Of a stretch of 64,000 nt of DNA, positions 57,507 to 64,000 are shown piece by piece. Each line of letters starts with the position of its first letter. Positions within the stretch are counted from its first letter, which is position 1. The stretch spans positions 45,304 through 109,303 of the forward strand of contig FIZI01000016.1 of assembly GCA_900016865.1 (NCBI GenBank). The letters run 5' to 3'. Both the position numbers and the translations under genes were made by a program. The notes under the pieces were generated by a model, which searched no databases, was not told where the DNA came from, and was given only the letters and a program-made list of their open reading frames with translations. This stretch comes from an uncultured Clostridia bacterium. Its GTDB lineage: Bacteria > Bacillota > DTU014.

Positions 57507-59180
57507 GTGGAGATATATCGGCAAGCAATCGCAGAAGCAGTGAAGCAGCTCATACCTGTAGACGAGATAACCCTGGAAGTGCCGCCAGATCCCAAGCTGG
57601 GCGACTTGGCTCTTCCGTGCTTCCCTTTCGCAGCGATACTGCGTAAGAATCCCGCAGCTATAGCTGCTGATTTGAAGGACAAGATCGGAGGCCTCGACTT
57701 CGTTGACCGGATAGACGTGGTTGGAGCTTATCTTAACTTCTTCCTTGATAGAGAGACTGTAATCCGCGATACGATTGAAGCGATACGCAGTAAGGGAGGG
57801 GCTTACGGTTCCTCTGGTAGAGGCAGAGGAAAGAAGGCCTTGATTGAGCACACGAGTATAAACCCCAATGCCTCTCCACACGTGGGCAGAGCGCGAAATG
57901 CTCTGATCGGCGACTCTATTGTTCGTCTTATGCGATTTGAGGGATACGACGTCTGCGTTCACTATTTCGTCAACGACATAGGCAAGCAGATCGCAATGCT
58001 CGTGCTGGGTGCAGAAGGCAGAGACGATGTGACGTTTGGCGATCTCCTCGACATTTATGTCGATGTCAACAACAGAATCAAGGATGATCCACGACTGGAG
58101 GCCGAAGTGTTTGAGCTGCTGCATCGGCTTGAGAGAGGCGACAAAGATGCGCTCGAGCGCTTCCGCAGGGTTGTTGACATCTGTATAGAGGGGCAGACTC
58201 GCATCTTTAGTGAACTCGGGATATATTACGATGTGTTCAAGCACGAATCTGACTACGTTGCAAGCGGTGCCACTGACGAGATACTGCAGCGGCTTGAAGC
58301 GACCGGTCGGCTCGAGCGCGATGTTGAAGGCAGATTTGTTCTCAATCTGGATGGTTACAACCTGCCATCCAGGGCGCCGTATGTGGTTTTGACCCGGGCG
58401 GACGGCACCTCTCTTTATCCGCTGCGGGACATAGCCTACACGATAGACAAGGTGAAGACCGAGTCGGAAGTCAACATCGTAGTGCTGGGCGAAGATCAGA
58501 AACTGTATCACCAGCAGGTCAGTGCGGCTTTGGACATACTCGGATACAAGGCACCTGTGTCTGTCCACTACTCATTCGTCCTGCTGCCGGACGGAAAGAT
58601 GTCCACCCGTCAGGGAACAGTCGTGTTGCTCGAGGACTTCATGCGCGAGGCTGTCGCCAAGGCGACAGAAGAGATGGCAAAGCGCCATGGAGAGGCAGAC
58701 CCCGACACAGCAAAGGCTGTTGCCTATGGTGCAGTGAAGTACGCCATTCTCAAGGTTGCCAATGAGCGAAATGTGACGTTTGACTGGTCGAGCGCCCTGA
58801 GCTTCGAAGGCGACACGGGTCCATACTTGCAGTATTGCCACGCAAGGATCAATTCGATCATGAGGCGCGCAGGCGGGGAACTCCCCTCAAGTGCCGACTT
58901 CTCTAGACTTACCGAGGATATAGAGTATGAGTTGGTGAAAGAGCTGGCGGGCTTTCCGACAGCAGTATCGAAGGCCGTCGACGAGTTTAGTCCTCACGTA
59001 GTGGCTAATAGCATCTATAGAGTGGCCAAGGCGTTCTCAACGTTTTACAACCAATGCCCGGTCTTGAACGCGGAGGATCCCGAAGTAAGGGACGCTCGGC
59101 TCTTGCTCTCTACAGCAGTCAAGCAGGTGCTGGCAAATGGGATGGCCCTACTAGGCATTGATCCCGTTGAGTCGATGTAA
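57507..59180 (+). CDS. argS: Arginine--tRNA ligase
   Basis: GDLA..CF, EHTSINPNASPHVGRARN (HIGH equivalent), KMSTR, GDTGPYLQY.HAR, DALR domain. Confidence 0.93.
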   Translation: MEIYRQAIAEAVKQLIPVDEITLEVPPDPKLGDLALPCFPFAAILRKNPAAIAADLKDKIGGLDFVDRIDVVGAYLNFFLDRETVIRDTIEAIRSKGGAYGSSGRGRGKKALIEHTSINPNASPHVGRARNALIGDSIVRLMRFEGYDVCVHYFVNDIGKQIAMLVLGAEGRDDVTFGDLLDIYVDVNNRIKDDPRLEAEVFELLHRLERGDKDALERFRRVVDICIEGQTRIFSELGIYYDVFKHESDYVASGATDEILQRLEATGRLERDVEGRFVLNLDGYNLPSRAPYVVLTRADGTSLYPLRDIAYTIDKVKTESEVNIVVLGEDQKLYHQQVSAALDILGYKAPVSVHYSFVLLPDGKMSTRQGTVVLLEDFMREAVAKATEEMAKRHGEADPDTAKAVAYGAVKYAILKVANERNVTFDWSSALSFEGDTGPYLQYCHARINSIMRRAGGELPSSADFSRLTEDIEYELVKELAGFPTAVSKAVDEFSPHVVANSIYRVAKAFSTFYNQCPVLNAEDPEVRDARLLLSTAVKQVLANGMALLGIDPVESM

Positions 59181-59189
59181 GGCCATTGC

Positions 59190-60626
59190 TTGCTGGGAGA
59201 TGTTGTTGTCTTGACTAGACGTTCATTTGACAACGGCGCCGCACAAACGGCGCCTAATACGCTGTCTGCGCGTGTTGACCCTTCAGTTGAGGTCGATACA
59301 CGGCGGTTGAGGCGCAGGGTCATAGATCTATCAGGGCCAGCCCTGGTCGAGATGGTGCTTGTCAGCTTCGTCGGAGTCGTGGATATGATCATGGTAGGTC
59401 GCATTGGACCTGCAGCCATAGCTGCAGTAGGACTGACCAACCAACCGATGTTCATCGCAATGGCTGTCTTTCAGGCGCTGAATGTCGGGACCACCGCCCT
59501 TGTAGCTCGATTCATAGGTGCCCGCGACCCTGCAGAGGCAAGCCGCACTGCACAGCAGAGCCTGCTCATCACCGTGATTCTTGGCTTGATTCTGAGTATT
59601 TTGAGTTATTGGGCCAGTCCATGGGTGATAGCAGCTATGGGTGCCGAACCAGATACCCTGCCCTTGGGCATATCTTATTTCCAAATAGTCTCTCTCGGAA
59701 TCGCTTTTATGGCAGTCTCCTTGTGCGTGGCGTCAGTGCTAAGAGGCGTTGGAGACACAAAGACCCCGATGAAGGTCAATGTCGTTGCCAACCTTGTAAA
59801 CTGTGTAGGCAACTATATATTGATATACGGCAAGCTGGGGTTTCCTGCCTACGGCGTTGTCGGTGCTGCGGCCGCGACTACGATTTCTCGAGTTGTTGCT
59901 GCTGTATTGATGCTCGGTTCAGTATTGCGCAAGGATTCGATGATCAAACTCGGCCCGATTAGAGAATTCAGGTTAAGACTGGACCTGATAAAGAGAGTCG
60001 TCAACATCGGAATCCCGAGTGCTGTCGAGCAGTTTGTCTTTAGGGTCGGCCAGCTGGTTTATGTCAGGATTGTTGCCGGCCTCGGTACAGTTGTTTTTGC
60101 CGCTCATCAAATCGGGATGAACATACTGTCATTGTCGTTCATGCCCGGACAGGCTTTCAGCATGGCTGCCACCACTCTGGTGGGGCAGGCGCTAGGAGCA
60201 AGGAAACCGGAAGCAGCTGAGAAGTGTGCGCTGGAAACCCGGCGCCTTGGGATGATTATTTCCGGAGCTATGACCGTTGTTCTCTTTTTCTTCGGAGAGA
60301 GGATTGCCCGCCTGTACACGGCTGACCTGGAGGTTGCCAGACGGACAGCTATGGTCTTGCGGATTATCGGTTTGGTGCAACCTGCTCAGTCCACGCAGTT
60401 CATCCTGTCTGGTGCATTGCGGGGCGCGGGCGATACCAAATGGCCTCTCTACTCAAGTCTGGTAGGGATCTGGGGAGTCCGAGTCGTGTTCGGCTACACC
60501 TTCACGAGATTGCTCAATCTGGGGTTGTTTGGAGCGTGGCTCGCTATGGCGCTGGATCAGCTTGCGCGGTCTGTAGTGATTTTCACGAGGTTTAGAAGCG
60601 GAGGATGGAAAACGGCTAGAGTCTAA
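59190..60626 (+). CDS. MATE family efflux transporter
   Basis: About 12 TM segments; D.IMVGR.G, LRGVGDTKTPM, LRGAGDTK. Confidence 0.92.
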   Translation: MLGDVVVLTRRSFDNGAAQTAPNTLSARVDPSVEVDTRRLRRRVIDLSGPALVEMVLVSFVGVVDMIMVGRIGPAAIAAVGLTNQPMFIAMAVFQALNVGTTALVARFIGARDPAEASRTAQQSLLITVILGLILSILSYWASPWVIAAMGAEPDTLPLGISYFQIVSLGIAFMAVSLCVASVLRGVGDTKTPMKVNVVANLVNCVGNYILIYGKLGFPAYGVVGAAAATTISRVVAAVLMLGSVLRKDSMIKLGPIREFRLRLDLIKRVVNIGIPSAVEQFVFRVGQLVYVRIVAGLGTVVFAAHQIGMNILSLSFMPGQAFSMAATTLVGQALGARKPEAAEKCALETRRLGMIISGAMTVVLFFFGERIARLYTADLEVARRTAMVLRIIGLVQPAQSTQFILSGALRGAGDTKWPLYSSLVGIWGVRVVFGYTFTRLLNLGLFGAWLAMALDQLARSVVIFTRFRSGGWKTARV

Positions 60627-60711
60627 GGCTTCTGAATCATGCGAATGATTAAGACGTGTCAGGTGCCGGACGCGATGCTGACCAGTCAAGGGGCATTTCG
60701 GTTTGCCATAG

Positions 60712-62430
60712 GTGGTGTTGACGGTGTCATACATCATAGGAGTTGACGTCGGCGGAACCAATACCAACGCCGTCCTTGTGAAGGACCACAGGGTGCTTGA
60801 GACTGCAATAGTCCCAACGAATCATGATGAGCTCTTGGACAGCATTGTGGGCGCGCTCGGCGCCATTATCGCCTGTTTGCCCAGGAATCTTTCTAGTCAG
60901 GTAGAACTGCATCTAAGCACAACGCTGGCTACGAATGCCATTATCGAGGGAAGAGGCGATGCTACAGCGGTCATTGTTGCCTCCGGACCCGGCATGAGAC
61001 TCGAGGACAACGAGTTCCCGTTTTCGGTGTTTCGTATACCCGGCTATGTCGACCACCGTGGGAGAATAGTGGCGCCGATTGACTGCAATGCCCTCAGGTC
61101 TGCTCTGGATACCATCAGGTCACAAGGATTCGCTAAGGTGGCGGTCGCAGGGAAGTTCAGTCCTCGCAATCCTAGACAGGAGTTGGAGATCGAGGAGCTG
61201 ATCAAGGAGGAGTATCCTGAGTTTCTTCCTGTGACCCTGGGGCACCGCTTGACTGGCCGCCTGAATTTCCCACGTAGAATCACTACGGCGTACTTGAACG
61301 CAATGGTGACAGGAGTGCAATCGGCCCTGGCATCCGCTGTTGAGCATCTGATAAAGAAGTTCGGGCTGCAAGGACACGTCTTTCTCCTCAAGGCGGATGG
61401 CGGAACCATGAGCCTACAAGAGTCACTTATGCGACCGGTGGAGAGCATTCTCTCCGGCCCAGCTGCGAGCACTATGGGCGCTATCGCTCTGGCCGAGGTC
61501 GACCACATAAACACGGTCGTCCTGGATATAGGGGGAACGACTACTGATTTGTCAGTCCTCGTCAAGGGAAGGCCGGTTGATGAGAGAGACGGGGTCGAGA
61601 TCGCAGGTTTCAAGACTATCGTCCCGGCCCTTTTCTCTCGATCAGTGGGACTCGGCGGTGACAGCGATGTATGGTGCGACGGAGAGCAGATCAGGATTGG
61701 GCCTCAGCGTGCAGGTCGGCCCGTGGCCTTAGGGGGCTCTCGAATCACTCCTACAGATGCAGCGGTCTGCATCGGGGGTGTGGCGATAGGCAGCAGAGAG
61801 CGGGCAATGGCTGGCATGGCTGAGCTAGGCAAAGAGTGGGGCATTCCTCCGCTTGAGCTGGCAAACAAGATCGTAGACGCTTTCTGTCAACAGGCCGTAG
61901 ACGCCATTGAGAGTGTTTTTAGCTACCTGAGTAGCCTACCAGTCTACACGGTCGCTGGAATAATGAGCCATGAAGATCCCAGGCCCGAGAAGGTAGTCGG
62001 GATGGGCGGGCCAGCGCAGTTTTTCATCCCCATGATTGCGAAACGCTTGGGAGTCGACTACGAGGTAACGGCGTATCATGGATCAGCTAATGCAGTGGGT
62101 GCTGCAGCGGCACGTCCGACTGCGTCAGTCACGCTTCGAGCCGATACTGCTTTGGGGGAAATCGTCGTCCCGGAACTCGACTACATGGATCGCATTGCTC
62201 GTCCGCTGTTCTTTGACATCAAGCGGGCGAGGGAGATCGTAGTCGAGAAGGCTGTTGATTACGCGGCGAGGCTGCGTATACCAGCTCAAAGAGAGGACGT
62301 AGAGATTGTCGAAGAGGAGTCTTACAACGTCGTTCGTAGTTTCCACACAGCCGGGCGGATAATCTCCATGAAGGCTCAGGTTTCTCCAGGAGTCCACAAG
62401 ATGCATCATCAGGCTGGATCAGGTGGCTAG
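60712..62430 (+). CDS. Hydantoinase/oxoprolinase (HyuA-like) family protein
   Basis: GVDVGGTNT, STTLATNAI, SILSGPAAS, LDIGGTTTD, GLGGDS, TPTDA. Confidence 0.88.
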   Translation: MVLTVSYIIGVDVGGTNTNAVLVKDHRVLETAIVPTNHDELLDSIVGALGAIIACLPRNLSSQVELHLSTTLATNAIIEGRGDATAVIVASGPGMRLEDNEFPFSVFRIPGYVDHRGRIVAPIDCNALRSALDTIRSQGFAKVAVAGKFSPRNPRQELEIEELIKEEYPEFLPVTLGHRLTGRLNFPRRITTAYLNAMVTGVQSALASAVEHLIKKFGLQGHVFLLKADGGTMSLQESLMRPVESILSGPAASTMGAIALAEVDHINTVVLDIGGTTTDLSVLVKGRPVDERDGVEIAGFKTIVPALFSRSVGLGGDSDVWCDGEQIRIGPQRAGRPVALGGSRITPTDAAVCIGGVAIGSRERAMAGMAELGKEWGIPPLELANKIVDAFCQQAVDAIESVFSYLSSLPVYTVAGIMSHEDPRPEKVVGMGGPAQFFIPMIAKRLGVDYEVTAYHGSANAVGAAAARPTASVTLRADTALGEIVVPELDYMDRIARPLFFDIKRAREIVVEKAVDYAARLRIPAQREDVEIVEEESYNVVRSFHTAGRIISMKAQVSPGVHKMHHQAGSGG

Positions 62431-62519
62431 GATCGCGTTAAGTGCATTCTTTCACTCCAACGAGATGCTTCTTTCCCAGTGGCTCATAGCTGCAGGTATG
62501 GCGGAAGGGGGTATGGACA

Positions 62520-63866
62520 GTGAAAGCTGCCAAGCACAGGACAGGACTCGTGTTTTTCCCCGCCTTTGACTGGGCAATCACTCCGGATCATCCGGAAAGG
62601 GAAGAGCGTCTGCTGTACACCAGAGACCAAATCAGAGAAGAGGGCCTGTTAGACGTGCCAGGCGTGGTAGAATACCGGCCGGAGCCTGCCTCCGAACTTG
62701 ACATAAAGAGAGCGCATATATGCGTGGGCTCGGTAAGTGCCGTAGCAGGTGTTCCTCACCTAATCGCTGCAGGTGGGACAATAACAGCAGGTGAAAAAGT
62801 GCTGTCAGGTGAAGTAGACAGGGCGTTTGCCTTGCTGAGACCCCCAGGCCACCATGCCATGCGGGTTGTCCATGGTGCGAGGGGCTTCTGTGCGATAAAC
62901 AACGAGGCTGTACTCGTTGAATACTTGAGAAAGAGAGCAGGCGGCAAGCTGCGCATAGCCGTCATTGATACTGACGCCCACCACGCAGATGGAACACAGG
63001 ATATATACTACAACGACCCTGAGGTCCTTCATATCTCCATTCACCAAGACGGAAGAACGCTGTTTCCTGGGAGCGGGCACTTGACCGAGCTGGGCGGCCC
63101 TGGAGCCTTTGCCTATACTCTCAACTTGCCTTTGCCGCCAGGGAGCGGTGACAGAGAGCTGCTGTTCGCCATTGAGGAGTTCGTCCTGCCGGTTCTTCGC
63201 GACTATCAGCCTGACATCGTTATCAACGGTGCCGGACAGGACAACCACTACTCTGATCCGCTCACAAACATGAACGTCTCTGCTCAGGGATATGCTCGTC
63301 TGACAGAACTGCTGGCTCCAGATATTGTTGTCTTGGAAGGGGGATACTCCATCGAAGGAGCCTTGCCGTATGTCAACGTGGGCATCATCTTGGCGTTGGC
63401 AGGCATGGACTACAGCGAGGTCAACGAACCAGATCGAAGCCCTGAAAGACGTGAGGCCGACTCAGCGGCTACGGTGAATGCGAACGTGCGGCGATATGTC
63501 GAACAGCTCCGAGAGATATGGGAGCAGCGAGACAGCATTGACGTGGAGCGTATGTTCGGTGGTGGAGACTTCTACAACAGGCAACGCCGGATTTTTTATG
63601 ACACGGACAACATAGTGGTATCTCAGGAAGAGAGCTTCCGCCTCTGCTCCAGGTGCAGCGGATACCAGAAGGTCTTGTCAGTCGCCCAGCCGTTGCATAG
63701 AGCTAGACCAACGAGAGTAGCAGCTGTGATAATCCCGTGGCACGCTTGCCGATCTTGCAGGAGTGAAGCTGAGGAAGCGTTCGATAGCACCTCTGTATCG
63801 GAGTTTGATTACGTGTACCTTCAGGATGTCGAGACAGACCGATACTTGACCAAGGAGCGCGCTTGA
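62520..63866 (+). CDS. Histone deacetylase family amidohydrolase with a Cys-rich C-terminal extension
   Basis: HPERE, RPPGHHA, GFC, DTDAHHADGT, GQDNH..DPL, LEGGY. Confidence 0.9.
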   Translation: MKAAKHRTGLVFFPAFDWAITPDHPEREERLLYTRDQIREEGLLDVPGVVEYRPEPASELDIKRAHICVGSVSAVAGVPHLIAAGGTITAGEKVLSGEVDRAFALLRPPGHHAMRVVHGARGFCAINNEAVLVEYLRKRAGGKLRIAVIDTDAHHADGTQDIYYNDPEVLHISIHQDGRTLFPGSGHLTELGGPGAFAYTLNLPLPPGSGDRELLFAIEEFVLPVLRDYQPDIVINGAGQDNHYSDPLTNMNVSAQGYARLTELLAPDIVVLEGGYSIEGALPYVNVGIILALAGMDYSEVNEPDRSPERREADSAATVNANVRRYVEQLREIWEQRDSIDVERMFGGGDFYNRQRRIFYDTDNIVVSQEESFRLCSRCSGYQKVLSVAQPLHRARPTRVAAVIIPWHACRSCRSEAEEAFDSTSVSEFDYVYLQDVETDRYLTKERA

Positions 63867-63888
63867 CTGACTAGACACGCGCTGTTCA

Positions 63889-63917
63889 TTGACTTAACGC
63901 TTGCATAGTGGTATACT
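63889..63917 (+). promoter_or_regulatory. SigA promoter of the terminal tRNA
   Basis: TTGACT-N17-TATACT with TG extension. Confidence 0.75.
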
Positions 63918-63964
63918 GATTTGCGCAACCGACAATTTGGCCTGATCGCCAATGTCGGCGGTGC

Positions 63965-64000
63965 GGAGAGGTGGCTGAGATGGTCTAAGGCGCTCGCCTG
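63965..64000 (+). tRNA. tRNA 5' part, probably tRNA-Ser(GGA); truncated by the window end
   Basis: GGAGAGG-TG-GCTGAGATGGTCTAAGGCG-CTCGC-CT-G...; Ser-like acceptor and D arm; only the first anticodon base (G) is visible. Confidence 0.7.

Noticed and set aside
57501..58568. 355-aa antisense ORF
   Set aside because: Shadow of argS; no RBS or motifs.

Overview
A 64-kb core-chromosome window from an endospore-forming Bacillota (Firmicutes) anaerobe that is probably diderm (Limnochordia-like; inferred from spmAB, a CwlD-like amidase and forespore-type promoters alongside a signal-peptide, beta-strand-rich, Phe-terminated porin candidate). I found no integrase, transposase, prophage or CRISPR array. 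Contents in order: MFS transporter (partial); a ~350-nt structured leader preceding the porin candidate; a sugar/alpha-glucan cluster (MsmX-like ATPase, PGI/PMI, ROK kinase, DOMON-like protein, GT4, NDP-sugar pyrophosphorylase-PMM fusion, two GH57 branching enzymes, DUF4912); rapZ-yvcK; spmAB; a DeoR-led catabolic operon with a TIM-barrel isomerase/aldolase fusion; whiA; glyA; a broken ECF sigma gene; six tRNAs (4 Ser, one partial; 2 Arg); a YtfQRTF-like sugar ABC importer; ABC exporters; peptidases; an M23-bactofilin pair; tadA; thpR; an atypical argS; MATE; and a hydantoinase-like/HDAC-like pair. The best candidates for undescribed biology are (1) the multi-domain structured leader upstream of the porin candidate, (2) a GH57/GT4 alpha-glucan pathway driven by SigF/SigG-like forespore promoters, (3) the isomerase-aldolase fusion operon, and (4) an RBS-occluding leader hairpin on a zinc-ribbon gene. 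All family calls come from motif recognition by eye; no database searches or folding programs were run.
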